Shown one piece after another: positions 8,542 through 19,315 of a stretch of 64,000 nt of DNA. Origin of the DNA: an uncultured Halanaerobiales bacterium (GTDB lineage: Bacteria; Bacillota; Halanaerobiia; Halanaerobiales; M55B127); contig CAJXKY010000009.1 in NCBI GenBank assembly GCA_913055675.1, positions 47 to 64,046 on the forward strand, given 5' to 3'. Each line of letters opens with the position of its first letter. Position 1 is the first letter of the stretch. Under the pieces are notes generated by a model, which saw only the letters and a program-made list of their open reading frames with translations, was not told where the DNA came from and ran no database searches. The translations under genes and the position numbers were made by a program.

Positions 8542-10023
8542 ATTATTCCTAGAAAAATACAAACTATTTTTTATATAATGAGTCCATTATTTATTCTACT
8601 TGGAATTGGATTACTAATTCCAATTATCTTTTGTGTTTTATATAATGAAGCACAAATATATTATCAAGCTTTTTACATACCTGCCATATTATCGTTTATT
8701 TTAGGTTTTATATTTTCATTTTTTAAAAAAGATGATATTAATTTAACATTAACGAACAGTATGCTTATTGTAGGATTATCTTGGATATTCTTTTCTTTAA
8801 TAGGTGGTATTCCTTTTATAATTGGTTTAGATAAAAGCTTTGTTGATGCTTTTTTTGAAGCGGTTAGTGGTTTTACAACCACTGGTATTACTGTATTTCA
8901 AAATCTGGACTCAATGGCCCATTCTGTATTATTATGGCGGGGTTTAATTCAGTGGTTCGGTGGTTTGGGAATTTTAACTTTCTTCTTATTTATTACTTTT
9001 AGAAGTGAAAGTGAATTATGGCAGTTGTTTACAGCTGAATCACATAAGATAGATACTTCACGTCCCGTGCCAAATATATTTAGATCAATAAAAATATTAT
9101 GGTTGATTTATATTTTGTTTACAGCTGTTGAATTTATATTACTTATTGCTTTTCAAATGTTACCTTTTGATGCTCTGATACATTCTTTAACAACTCTTTC
9201 TACAGGTGGTTTTTCAAATTATGACGCTAGTATAGGATACTATGCATTAAGTGGACATCCTAATTATAAAGTGTTTGAATATATCTTAACATTTTTCATG
9301 CTGCTTGGAGGTATAAACTTTTTAATTCATTATAAGGTTTTAAAGGGTGAGGTTAAAGAAATATTTACTAATTTTGAAATGAAATATTTTTGGAGCATTA
9401 TTGGATTGATAATGTTTTTGATTTTAAGCGGTAAAATTGTAGATCAATCTCTCAATCTTGGAAATATAGAGGTTGTTTTTAGAAAAACAATTTTTCAAGT
9501 TGTATCTGTAATGACAACAACAGGATATGGAACAGAATCTTTAACTTCTGGATTTTTCCCTGCTTTATCAAGACAGCTCTTTTTATTTCTAATGTTGGTT
9601 GGAGGTTGTGTTGGATCAACAGCAGGGGGGATCAAAGTTGTAAGGATTGCCATTTTGAACAAATTATTTGGTAGGGAAATCAAAAAGTTTTATTTACCCA
9701 AAAGAGCTATCATGCCTTTGAAGGTTGAGAAAAAGCTAATACCAAGAGATGAGATTTATAAAATTGCTGCACTCTTTTTCTTCTGGCTAGTCATTGTATT
9801 AGTTGGAGGTATAATTACTGCATTATTTTCAGACTTAAATGCTTTTCAATCTGTTTCTGGTATGTTTTCAGCAATGGGTAATATAGGTCCCTTTTACTTT
9901 TCAGTTGACAAGATGGCTTCTTTATCTCCCATTATTAAATTAACGTATATATTCGGAATGTTAGCCGGTAGGCTTGAAATCTTACCCGTATTTATTATCT
10001 TTACAAGAAAAGCCTGGAAATAG
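8542..10023 (+). CDS. trkH: TrkH-type K+ uptake membrane subunit
   Basis: Four selectivity-filter motifs (SGFTTTG, TLSTGG, TTTGYG, GNIGP). Frame is open from 8533; SD GGGAGTGA favours ATT 8542 or ATC 8539 over the SD-less ATG 8578. Confidence 0.88.
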   Translation: MIPRKIQTIFYIMSPLFILLGIGLLIPIIFCVLYNEAQIYYQAFYIPAILSFILGFIFSFFKKDDINLTLTNSMLIVGLSWIFFSLIGGIPFIIGLDKSFVDAFFEAVSGFTTTGITVFQNLDSMAHSVLLWRGLIQWFGGLGILTFFLFITFRSESELWQLFTAESHKIDTSRPVPNIFRSIKILWLIYILFTAVEFILLIAFQMLPFDALIHSLTTLSTGGFSNYDASIGYYALSGHPNYKVFEYILTFFMLLGGINFLIHYKVLKGEVKEIFTNFEMKYFWSIIGLIMFLILSGKIVDQSLNLGNIEVVFRKTIFQVVSVMTTTGYGTESLTSGFFPALSRQLFLFLMLVGGCVGSTAGGIKVVRIAILNKLFGREIKKFYLPKRAIMPLKVEKKLIPRDEIYKIAALFFFWLVIVLVGGIITALFSDLNAFQSVSGMFSAMGNIGPFYFSVDKMASLSPIIKLTYIFGMLAGRLEILPVFIIFTRKAWK

Positions 10024-10037
10024 GGAGGAATAAATAA

Positions 10038-10709
10038 ATGTATATAATTGTTGCTGGTGGTGGGGTCGTTGGTAGTGAAATCACATCAAAATTAATTAGA
10101 GATCATGATGTTGTGGTAATTGATGAAAAGCAAAGTGTAGCAGAAAAGATATATTCTAAATATGGAGCTGTTAGTGTAGTAGGTAATGCAACTAATATCG
10201 ATGTTTTAAAAGACGCCGGTATTGAAAAAGCAGATGTCGCAATAGGGGTAATGGACACTGATTCAAATAATCTAACATTTACCTTATTAGCTAAAAACTT
10301 TGGAGTAGATAAAATACTTGTTAGAATGCGTCACCCTGAATATGAGGATGCTTATGCAATGGCCGGGGCTACCAACATAGGTGCCGTTAATGAGATGCTA
10401 GTAGATAATTTTGTAATAGATATAGAAGAACCTAATATTAGGAAAGTTGTATCTATTGGTGAAGGTAGTGCTGAGGTTTCTATTATTACTCTTCCCGATG
10501 ATTTTAATAGAAATGGTAAGACAGTTTCTGAAATTGTTAACAATGAAGGTTTCCCAAATGAATGTGTAATTGCAGGTATTTTTGACCAGGATTCTCATAA
10601 GTTAAGAATTCCAAGAGGGGATACCAAACTATATAGGAATGACCAACTCTTTTTAGTAGCTACAAACGAAAACATGGAAAAAGCAGCAGATTTTTTACTA
10701 GAGTCATAA
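10038..10709 (+). CDS. trkA: TrkA/KtrA-type RCK K+ uptake regulatory subunit
   Basis: Rossmann GGGVVG, GNAT, C-terminal IPRGDT; directly follows trkH. Confidence 0.88.
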   Translation: MYIIVAGGGVVGSEITSKLIRDHDVVVIDEKQSVAEKIYSKYGAVSVVGNATNIDVLKDAGIEKADVAIGVMDTDSNNLTFTLLAKNFGVDKILVRMRHPEYEDAYAMAGATNIGAVNEMLVDNFVIDIEEPNIRKVVSIGEGSAEVSIITLPDDFNRNGKTVSEIVNNEGFPNECVIAGIFDQDSHKLRIPRGDTKLYRNDQLFLVATNENMEKAADFLLES

Positions 10710-10737
10710 ATTATTATAATACGAGGTGGTGTTTATT

Positions 10738-11085
10738 ATGTATAAAATTAATTCTTTTACATTTGGAAAAATTGAAATAGATAATAAGACCTATCAAAAT
10801 GATGTGATAATTTATCCTGACAGTTTAAATGATAATTGGTGGAGAGATGAAGGTCATAGACTTTTCAAAAAAGATATAGAGAAATTAAATGTATATGACC
10901 CGGATTTAGTTATTATTGGTACAGGTGCAAGTGGTCGAATGAAGGTAGATATTAAACTGAAGGAATATTTTGACCTAAATGGGATTGAATATTTTGTTTC
11001 TACCACAAAAGAGGCTGTAGAAAAACACAATGAGATGATTGAAGCTGGTAAAGATGTCTTAACTGCCCTTCATTTAACTTGTTAG
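10738..11085 (+). CDS. Mth938-like (DUF498) protein
   Basis: FGKIEID, IIGTGASG and C-terminal LHLTC motifs; ATG 10738 after GAGGTGG. Confidence 0.85.
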   Translation: MYKINSFTFGKIEIDNKTYQNDVIIYPDSLNDNWWRDEGHRLFKKDIEKLNVYDPDLVIIGTGASGRMKVDIKLKEYFDLNGIEYFVSTTKEAVEKHNEMIEAGKDVLTALHLTC

Positions 11086-11100
11086 GAGGAACATGTAAAA

Positions 11101-11901
11101 ATGAATTTTAAAGTAACCTTAATCCAGTGCAATATGAATATAGGTGAAGAAAATTATAATTTAAGGAAAATGAAAAAATATCTTACTAAAGCTGTTGAAG
11201 CTAATACAGATCTTGTTGTATTACCTGAAACTTGGTTAACTGGTTTTGGGAAAAAGATATTTGAAAATATTAATACTTATGCTAAAAAAGAAAATAATGA
11301 GATACTTCAGTATCTTAAAGATTTTGCATTTGATAAAGACCTCCATATTGTGGGAGGAACAATCCTAGAAAAGGAAAGAGACGGTAATATATATAATAAT
11401 CTATATTATATAAATCGAAATGGAATTGTTGAGGGCAAATATAGTAAAATGCATCTATATTCTCCGGGTGGAGAGCACAAGGTAGTTACCCCTGGTCATG
11501 ATATTAGTTTTGTTGAAACAGAGTTTGGAAAATTTGGTTTTATGATATGTTATGATATTCGTTTTCCTGAATTAGCCAGGCTTTATGCCCAAAAGGAAAT
11601 TGATGTGTTATATGTAGTTGCTAACTTCAATGATCCGAAAAAAGATCAGTGGTTAAACTTATTGAAAACAAGAGCTTTAGAGAACCAATTTTATGTTGTT
11701 GCTTGTAATAGAAGTGGAAAAAAATATTTTGGCAATTCTGTGATTATTAACCCAGAAGGAGATATACAACTAAATGCTGGAAGGAGAGAGGGGATATATA
11801 GTGGTTATGTTGACCTCTCCTTAATAAAAGCTATTAGAAAAGAATTTCCTTATCTTGAGGATATTAGAAATGATATATATAATTTAAAGCTAAATAAATA
11901 G
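11101..11901 (+). CDS. Carbon-nitrogen hydrolase (nitrilase superfamily amidase)
   Basis: E-K-C triad: VLPE, YSKMHL, ICYDIRFPE. Confidence 0.9.
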   Translation: MNFKVTLIQCNMNIGEENYNLRKMKKYLTKAVEANTDLVVLPETWLTGFGKKIFENINTYAKKENNEILQYLKDFAFDKDLHIVGGTILEKERDGNIYNNLYYINRNGIVEGKYSKMHLYSPGGEHKVVTPGHDISFVETEFGKFGFMICYDIRFPELARLYAQKEIDVLYVVANFNDPKKDQWLNLLKTRALENQFYVVACNRSGKKYFGNSVIINPEGDIQLNAGRREGIYSGYVDLSLIKAIRKEFPYLEDIRNDIYNLKLNK

Positions 11902-11915
11902 AAGTGGGTGGAAAG

Positions 11916-12836
11916 ATGAAGTATGTAAGGGAAAATATAGAATTACAAAATAAAGTTTATCGTTTACACCGTTGGATGCCAGATGTTAATAATTTCAAAG
12001 GTATGATTCAAGTAATCCACGGGATGGCTGAACATGTAAATAGATATTCTGAGTTTGCAGAATATTTTACAGAACGAGGGTTTATAGTTTTTGGTATAGA
12101 TCATTTAGGTCATGGAGAAACTGTAAAATTAAATAACGGTACTTTTGGATATTTTGCCAAAGAAGACGGTTGGGTTAAGGTAGTTAAAGCTAATAAATAT
12201 ATTTCAAAGTTAATGAGGGAAAGACATCCAGACCTTTCTCAAATCATTTATGGCCATAGCATGGGTTCAATTATAGCAAGATATTATTTAATTGGGGATA
12301 AAATTCCTGATGGTATAATACTTTCTGGAGTAATGACCGAGCGGGAAGTATTTAATGATATTATGAAAGTAATGGCTAAATTAGAAAAAGCATTAAAAGG
12401 CGATAAGAGTGATAACGTGATAGATAATTATTTAATGAACTTAACTTTCAACTGGAAGATTGATGGAGATGATGATAATAGTTGGATTAGTAGTCTAAAA
12501 GATGAAGTTGATAAGTATAACGAGGATGAGCTTTGTAATTTTGAAGTAACTAACCAGATGTTTATTGATATGTTTGGTGGTTTGAAAACAATAGATAAAA
12601 TAGAAAAAAATAAAGAGATATCAAAAGATATCCCTTTATTTATAGTTAGTGGTAAAGATGATCCGGTAAGCCAATATGGTAAAGATGTAAAGAAATTATT
12701 TAAAAGATATAAGGCAAAAGAACTTAAGGATTTAAAATATAAGGTTTATTCTAATATTAGACATGAAGTTTTTAGAGATAGAAGAAAAGAAGAGGTATAC
12801 TCTGATTTTGAAAAATGGATTACAGAGCATATTTAA
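11916..12836 (+). CDS. Alpha/beta hydrolase (lysophospholipase-like)
   Basis: HGMAEH, DHLGHG, GHSMG nucleophile, DPV and RHE motifs. Confidence 0.88.
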   Translation: MKYVRENIELQNKVYRLHRWMPDVNNFKGMIQVIHGMAEHVNRYSEFAEYFTERGFIVFGIDHLGHGETVKLNNGTFGYFAKEDGWVKVVKANKYISKLMRERHPDLSQIIYGHSMGSIIARYYLIGDKIPDGIILSGVMTEREVFNDIMKVMAKLEKALKGDKSDNVIDNYLMNLTFNWKIDGDDDNSWISSLKDEVDKYNEDELCNFEVTNQMFIDMFGGLKTIDKIEKNKEISKDIPLFIVSGKDDPVSQYGKDVKKLFKRYKAKELKDLKYKVYSNIRHEVFRDRRKEEVYSDFEKWITEHI

Positions 12837-14101
12837 CTTTTGTTTTTAATAATATATTTATCAAGTTTTTTAGATAGGTTATTAGGAATATAGGCATCCA
12901 TAAATATAAATTCATTTTTATATTTTTCTTTTTCAACAATACCTCTGTTATGAAGTGTTTCTATTATATTTGCATCATTATAAGGAATTTCTAAAGTATA
13001 TCTACCCATATTTTCTTCTACAAAATCACATAATTTATTACGAAGACGTTTCGTATTCATATTTTTTTCAGCGGAGATGAAGATTGCTTCAGGATATTGG
13101 ATTTCTAAATCCTTTTTAGTACTACTGTCAATAAGGTCAATTTTATTAAAGACTTTTTGAATTGGTTTATCCTGAATACCTAGTTCTATTAGCTCTTTTT
13201 CAACTACATTTATTTTTTGAATTACTTCCTCATCATTAGCGTCAATAATATGAAGTATTAAGTCTGCCTCAGTTATTTCTTCTAAAGTTGACCTAAAAGA
13301 AGCAATTAATTGGTGAGGAAGGTTTTTAATGAAACCAACAGTATCAGTTATAATTACGTTTTTGCCATTTGGTAGTTCATAACTGCGTGCTCTGGAATCT
13401 AAGGTAGCGAAAAGTTGATCTTCTACTAAGGAATCATCACCAGTAAGTGAATTTAAAATAGTAGTTTTTCCAGCATTAGTATAACCTACTAATGATATTA
13501 TAGGATCTTTTCTACTTTTTCTTTGAACTTCACGGTCTCCCTTGATGTCTTTGAGTTTTTCTTTTAATCTATGAATTTTCTTCTCGATTCTACGGCGGTC
13601 TACCTCGAGTTTAGTTTCTCCAGGTCCCCTAGTACCAATTCCACCTGCTAACCTTGATAATTCTTCACCCCGCCCTACAAGCCGGGGTAAAAGATATTCT
13701 AGTTGTGCTAATTCTACTTGAATTTTACTCTCTTTACTTCGAGCATGGAGAGCAAAAATATCCATTATTAATTGATTGCGATCTAGAATTTTAACTTGTA
13801 GTTCTTCTTCGATATTTCTTAACTGAGCAGGGGATAGTTGATTATCAAAGATAACTAAGTTTATTCCGTAATTACTAATTATATCTTTAATTTTTTTTAA
13901 GTTACCTTTTCCAATATAATAAGCAGGGTTTATTTTTTTAAGTCGGTATGTAAAGTATTTTATAGAATGAACACCTGAGGTGTCAGCAAGTTGACCTAAT
14001 TCTTTGATTGAGGTTTCATCATCACTAACTAGTAATGCATTTTCTTTTCTATTTTTAATCTTATATAAATTTTCATCATCTTTTTTAAAGTTTATAATAA
14101 T
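12833..14101 (-). CDS. hflX: Ribosome-splitting GTPase HflX
   Basis: GIGTRGPGETKLE, GYTNAGKT, LFATLD, DTVGF and NKID motifs. The frame stays open 112 codons upstream of ATG 13765, encodes the HflX N-domain (YIGKG, FDNQLSPAQLRNIE, ILDR) and has only ATT/ATA starts after SD AGAGGTGA. Confidence 0.93.
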   Translation of the reverse strand: MIINFKKDDENLYKIKNRKENALLVSDDETSIKELGQLADTSGVHSIKYFTYRLKKINPAYYIGKGNLKKIKDIISNYGINLVIFDNQLSPAQLRNIEEELQVKILDRNQLIMDIFALHARSKESKIQVELAQLEYLLPRLVGRGEELSRLAGGIGTRGPGETKLEVDRRRIEKKIHRLKEKLKDIKGDREVQRKSRKDPIISLVGYTNAGKTTILNSLTGDDSLVEDQLFATLDSRARSYELPNGKNVIITDTVGFIKNLPHQLIASFRSTLEEITEADLILHIIDANDEEVIQKINVVEKELIELGIQDKPIQKVFNKIDLIDSSTKKDLEIQYPEAIFISAEKNMNTKRLRNKLCDFVEENMGRYTLEIPYNDANIIETLHNRGIVEKEKYKNEFIFMDAYIPNNLSKKLDKYIIKNKS

Positions 14102-14276
14102 AAGTCACCTCTTTTTTAGATTGTTTTCATTATATCAGATATTTTAGTTAAGATAAATGGGTATTTATGAAGGAATAGCTTTGTGATATATTGAATTATG
14201 GTTATAAGAGTATGTTTATTGCTTATTATTTTTTTAGAATATAATTAAATCAAAAAATTAATTAGGAAGTGGAAAC

Positions 14277-15503
14277 ATGAAGTATGGATTAGTTTTAGAA
14301 GGTGGAGGAGCCAAGGGCTCTTATCAAATTGGAGCAGTTCAAGCTCTTTATGAAATGAATATTGAGATTGATGGTGTTGCTGGAACATCTATAGGAGCTT
14401 TAAATGGGGCATTAATAGTTCAAGGTGATTTAGATAAGGCTTACAACCTTTGGTATGATATTAGTCCTGAAAAGGTGTTTAATATAAAGCAGGACGCCTT
14501 AGATAAGATAAAAAATTTAAATTTTGATAAAAAAGATTTAAGTTATCTCTGGACTCAGATAAAAAATATTGTTGATAATAAGGGATTAGATGTTTCTTTA
14601 ATAGAAAATATAATGAAAGAAAATATTGATGAAAAAAAAGTTCGGGCTTCTGATAAGGATTTTGGAATGGTTACAGTTTCTTTATCAGATATGGAACCTG
14701 TAAAAATTTATCTTGATGAGATACCGGAAGGAAGATTAATAGATTATCTTTTAGCTAGTTCTAATTTGCCTACATTCAGGCAAGAAAAAAGAAACGGAAA
14801 ATATTTTTTAGATGGTGGTTTTTATGACAATCTTCCGGTTGATATGCTTATAGATAAAGGGTATGAAAATATTATTGCGATTAGAACTCATGGTTTAGGT
14901 ATAGTACATGATATAGAAAATGAAGAAGAATTAAATATAATATATATTGAGCCCGAAGTCGATTTAGGTAATACATTAAACTTTGAAACAGAATTGGCAA
15001 GAAAAAATTTGAAATTAGGTTATCTAGATGCCAAAAAAATATTTAATGAAAATATTAAAGGATTTAATTATTATATTCATATAGATAAGAGCCCGAAATA
15101 TTTTTTACAACTACTTATGAATATACCTGAAGATAGTATTCAAAGGATTTCTAATTATTTAGGTTTTGAGGAGATGAATCCTAGAAGAGCTCTTTTTGAG
15201 TTAATACTACCTCGATTAGCAGATTTTTTAGATTTAGAGAAGAGTCATAGTTATTTAGATATCATGATAGCAATATTGGAAGTAATTGCAGATGATATCG
15301 GGATAGAAAAGTTAAAATTATATGAATTTGATAAATTTGTTAAAGAAATTTCCCAGAAATATGAACCGCAAGAGTTTAACGGTTTTAATGTCCCTAAATT
15401 TGTTAAAAAGAGTGAAATTCTTTCTAAAGCAATTAAGGATAGAATTATTGATCTAGTTATTGCGGAGTTAATTGATAATATCATAAATCAAAAAGGAGAG
15501 TAA
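14277..15503 (+). CDS. Patatin-like phospholipase
   Basis: GGGAKG, GTSIG and DGG motifs. Confidence 0.9.
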   Translation: MKYGLVLEGGGAKGSYQIGAVQALYEMNIEIDGVAGTSIGALNGALIVQGDLDKAYNLWYDISPEKVFNIKQDALDKIKNLNFDKKDLSYLWTQIKNIVDNKGLDVSLIENIMKENIDEKKVRASDKDFGMVTVSLSDMEPVKIYLDEIPEGRLIDYLLASSNLPTFRQEKRNGKYFLDGGFYDNLPVDMLIDKGYENIIAIRTHGLGIVHDIENEEELNIIYIEPEVDLGNTLNFETELARKNLKLGYLDAKKIFNENIKGFNYYIHIDKSPKYFLQLLMNIPEDSIQRISNYLGFEEMNPRRALFELILPRLADFLDLEKSHSYLDIMIAILEVIADDIGIEKLKLYEFDKFVKEISQKYEPQEFNGFNVPKFVKKSEILSKAIKDRIIDLVIAELIDNIINQKGE

Positions 15504-15508
15504 TAAAG

Positions 15509-16393
15509 ATGGAAGATTATATGATTAGAGTTTTAACAGAAAACAAACAGATTAGAGCACTAGCAGTTAGATCAACTAATCTAGTTGAAAAGGCCCATCA
15601 GACACATAAAACTACACCTGTAGCAACCGCTGCACTAGGTAGAGCATTATCAGCAGTATCTATGATGATTGCCCTTGAAAAGTCAGGGGAAAAGATAGGA
15701 TTAAGAATAATTGGGGATGGCCCTATCGATCGGATTATTGCAGAAGCAAATATGGACGGCGAAGTAAAAGGTTTTGTAGGCAAACCACAAATAGATCTTA
15801 TGCTTAATGAAAATAATAATAAGAAAAAGTTAGATGTAAAAAAAGCTATAGGTAACGGTGAATTATATGTTAGAAAAATGATGGGCTTAAAAGAACCCTA
15901 TGAAAGTAAAATAAGGTTAATAAGTGGTGAAATAGGAGAAGATTTAACTTACTATTATACAAAATCTGAACAGGTGCCTTCATCTGTAGGCTTAGGAGTA
16001 CTAGTGGATAAGGATTCTTATGTTAAAGCAGCAGGTGGGTTTATTATTCAGTTATTACCGGAAACTCCGGAAGAAACAATATCAAAGCTAGAAAGTAATT
16101 TAAATTCCTTGGGATCTGTTAGTCGTCTAATAGAAGCAGGTAAAACTCCGGAAGAATTGCTAGAGATAGTTTTAAAAGGATTTTCTTATGATATCACTCA
16201 AGTTAATGAGGTAGAATATAAATGTAACTGTAGTAGAGAAAGGACTCTTGAAATTGTGAATACTTTAAATGCAGATGAAATTAAACAATCACTTGAAGAA
16301 GATGGGTATGTAGAAGTTACCTGTCATTACTGTAATGAGAGTTACCGTTATAACGAGGAGTATTTAAAGGAGCATCTTGAAAGGGAGTGGTAG
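15509..16393 (+). CDS. hslO: Redox-regulated chaperone Hsp33
   Basis: TAALGR, SEQVPS and AAGGFIIQLLP motifs; Zn site CNC...CHYC. Confidence 0.95.
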   Translation: MEDYMIRVLTENKQIRALAVRSTNLVEKAHQTHKTTPVATAALGRALSAVSMMIALEKSGEKIGLRIIGDGPIDRIIAEANMDGEVKGFVGKPQIDLMLNENNNKKKLDVKKAIGNGELYVRKMMGLKEPYESKIRLISGEIGEDLTYYYTKSEQVPSSVGLGVLVDKDSYVKAAGGFIIQLLPETPEETISKLESNLNSLGSVSRLIEAGKTPEELLEIVLKGFSYDITQVNEVEYKCNCSRERTLEIVNTLNADEIKQSLEEDGYVEVTCHYCNESYRYNEEYLKEHLEREW

Positions 16394-17490
16394 CAATTTC
16401 TGAAATATTTAATAATAGATTTTTTAAAATTAGTTTTGGTATTATTTTAGTCTTAACCATTTTTATATTACTACAACAAGTTACCTTTTTTATAAGAGCT
16501 TTTAGAATTATCACTTCTCTTTTTATAATACCTATGTTATTAGGGGGATTTCTTTATTATCTTTTAAGACCAATGGTTAATTTTTTAACTAAATATTTAA
16601 AATTTAGAACCTTAGCTATATTTATCAGCTTTGCAGTTATTGTAACTATTATCTTTTTTGTTGTCTATTTTGGTGGTAATATAATAACTGAACAGTCTAG
16701 GAATTTGATCAATCAGTTTTCAGATTATTATTATTCTGAAGCATCAGTTCCTACTGAAGATAATTTATTCTTCGAAGTTGGTACACAAATCATGGAATAT
16801 TTAGAAAAATACAATATACAGGAAAGGTTGTCTACTTTTCTTGAAAATTTGGTGGATGTAGTAAGAAATAATATATTTGGTATTTTTACTACTTTAACAA
16901 ATATCGGAACTGTAATTATTTTAATACCTTTTGTAGTATACTATTTACTGAAAGATGATCATAGAATGAAAGCTGCCTTTTTATCTTATTTACCAACTGA
17001 AAAAAGACATCATATGAATAGAATTTTGAATAAAATTGATGATACTTTGTCTAAATATATAACAGGACAGACCATAGTTGCTTTCATGCTAGGTATTTTA
17101 ACTTATATCGGGTTTATTATAATTGGTTTGCCCAATTCTTTAATTTTGTCAGTTATTGTTATGATTACATCTTTTATACCTTTTTTGGGACCTATTTTGG
17201 GAATTTTACCTGCTGTTTTCATTGGAATTTCTCAAAGTTTTGTTATGGTATTTCAAATAATATTAGTCTTGATTATTGTACAGCAGATCGAAGGTAATAT
17301 TATTCAACCCAAAGTTCAGGGAGAAAGACTTAAAATTCATCCATTGATAGTTATATTTATGATTTTAATATTTATTACTTTATTTGGATTTATAGGGGCT
17401 CTTTATGCCGTTCCTGCATATGCAGTGGCAAGACTATTATTTTTGGAATATCATGGCCGATATATAATGGCTGAGAGAAAAAATGAATAG
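16387..17490 (+). CDS. AI-2E family transporter
   Basis: YYLLRP, YLLKD, IPFLGP, QQIEGNIIQP and IHPL motifs. GTG lies within the SD; ATT 16396 is the alternative start. Confidence 0.88.
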   Translation: MVAISEIFNNRFFKISFGIILVLTIFILLQQVTFFIRAFRIITSLFIIPMLLGGFLYYLLRPMVNFLTKYLKFRTLAIFISFAVIVTIIFFVVYFGGNIITEQSRNLINQFSDYYYSEASVPTEDNLFFEVGTQIMEYLEKYNIQERLSTFLENLVDVVRNNIFGIFTTLTNIGTVIILIPFVVYYLLKDDHRMKAAFLSYLPTEKRHHMNRILNKIDDTLSKYITGQTIVAFMLGILTYIGFIIIGLPNSLILSVIVMITSFIPFLGPILGILPAVFIGISQSFVMVFQIILVLIIVQQIEGNIIQPKVQGERLKIHPLIVIFMILIFITLFGFIGALYAVPAYAVARLLFLEYHGRYIMAERKNE

Positions 17491-19315
17491 ACGTGATATT
17501 TGGATTTTATTTATAATTTTTATACTGATTTTTGCGGGATATATTTATCCTCTTGTCTATAATTTTCAAGAACAGGAAACAGTTACTATATTTGTGATTG
17601 ATACTTTTGGTGACGGGATGTTAAGTCACGGTGATATAGTGAGTTCAATTATAGAACAAGAGGTTCCTAATTATAATATAAAGAAGATGAATGTAAAAAA
17701 AGGGGATAGCTTTGGTGTTGAAAATTATTACCAGGCCCTAACTGAAATTTATAATTATAAAAGGAAAAATAACGATGAAAAAGTTGTTGTTAATATCAGC
17801 TTGGGGTTTTATGAAGCTGAAGGTTATCATGAAATACTTATTAACCAACTTTCTAATATTGGAGTAGGAATTGTAGCTGCTGCAGGTAATGATGATAGTC
17901 CCATTTCATTTTATCCAGCTGCTTTTGAAGATAAGGTAGTAGCAGTAGCTAGTATCAAAGGGAATTCTAAGACAGGTTATTCAAATTATGGTGAATATAT
18001 AGACATTTGTGCCGAGGGTAGTTTTTTTACAGCGATTAGCCTACCACAATTTATGAGTTATAGAGCTAGTGGTACTTCTTTTGCAGCCCCGAGAGTTAGT
18101 TCGTTTATTGCAAAAATTATGGCTGCTGAAGATATAAATTTTAAAGAGGCATTGACTCGTTTAAAAAATTTAAGTATTCCACTTGATGATCAATTATTTG
18201 AAAAAGGATTACTAGGAGAAGGAAAAATAAGTAATTGGAAGTTTCTAGTTGAATATAATAGGTCAAAACTTGTATTTAACTATCTATTACCTATTCTGAT
18301 TTTCATATTGATTTTTTATTTATTATTTAAAAAGATGGGCTTAATTGGTATTCCATATCTATTTCTAATCTCCGTAGTCTTAGGTCCGTTTTTTATAATA
18401 TTACGGGATCATTTCTTGAGTTTAATAAATTCAGAAATATTTACAATATATAATCTAAAATTTTTTGTATTATTTATATTATCTTATCTTACAGCAAAGG
18501 TAGTTACTAAATTTGAAAAGTATTTCTTATTAGAAATATATTTTATAATCAATACAATTATTTCACTTGTATTACATTATCAAGAAATTTTAAGCTTAAG
18601 ACTATTTACTTATTTAAATATATTCTTGATAATTACACTGTATTTATATGAATTTAGAATATACAGAAAAAAGAAAGAATCAACTAAAGTAAAAGATTTA
18701 AATAGTAATTCCTTTCAAGTTATAAATTCAGTTAAGGTAAACATCGCAAGCAAAGAAAAGTTCGATGAAATGACCTTATATAAGCTATTAAAACTATATA
18801 AAAATACAAATAAAAGGGCTGTCCAAAAAGCAATAATAGACCTTATATTTAAAAACGCAAACAAGGTTCCACTTTCCTATTTGGTAGGAAAATCAAACTC
18901 TTATATAATTCATCAATATATATTTGATAATATAGAAGATTACAAAGAAAAGATTACAATAGAAAACTTATTTACAATAATCAAATATTATCATGAATAT
19001 ATAGAAGTAATATTTTCAAATTATAATTTTGCTGAGATAAATAATCAGTTAAAAAAAGAATTTGAAAAGAAAGAGATATCAGTTAATAGATTGCTGAAAA
19101 TAATTAATTATTATAGAGATGCTTCAATAATAGATTTTCTATTAACTATATATGATAACTATAGTCAATGCTGGAATCGTTACCTTATTGCAAGAACTGT
19201 TTTAGAATTAGCTAGTGAAAATGATAGAGAAGAAATGTTAGAGAAGTTTAAAAAGGATAAATGTGGAATAGTACAAGAAGAAGTGGCACACTTTTTAAAG
19301 AGGAGGGAAAATTAA
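17483..19315 (+). CDS. Membrane-embedded S8 (subtilase) peptidase with multi-TM region and helical C-terminal domain
   Basis: Triad VIDT / SHG / GTSFAAP and oxyanion AAAGND, then about 5 hydrophobic segments and a HEAT-like tail. Confidence 0.8.
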   Translation: MNRRDIWILFIIFILIFAGYIYPLVYNFQEQETVTIFVIDTFGDGMLSHGDIVSSIIEQEVPNYNIKKMNVKKGDSFGVENYYQALTEIYNYKRKNNDEKVVVNISLGFYEAEGYHEILINQLSNIGVGIVAAAGNDDSPISFYPAAFEDKVVAVASIKGNSKTGYSNYGEYIDICAEGSFFTAISLPQFMSYRASGTSFAAPRVSSFIAKIMAAEDINFKEALTRLKNLSIPLDDQLFEKGLLGEGKISNWKFLVEYNRSKLVFNYLLPILIFILIFYLLFKKMGLIGIPYLFLISVVLGPFFIILRDHFLSLINSEIFTIYNLKFFVLFILSYLTAKVVTKFEKYFLLEIYFIINTIISLVLHYQEILSLRLFTYLNIFLIITLYLYEFRIYRKKKESTKVKDLNSNSFQVINSVKVNIASKEKFDEMTLYKLLKLYKNTNKRAVQKAIIDLIFKNANKVPLSYLVGKSNSYIIHQYIFDNIEDYKEKITIENLFTIIKYYHEYIEVIFSNYNFAEINNQLKKEFEKKEISVNRLLKIINYYRDASIIDFLLTIYDNYSQCWNRYLIARTVLELASENDREEMLEKFKKDKCGIVQEEVAHFLKRREN

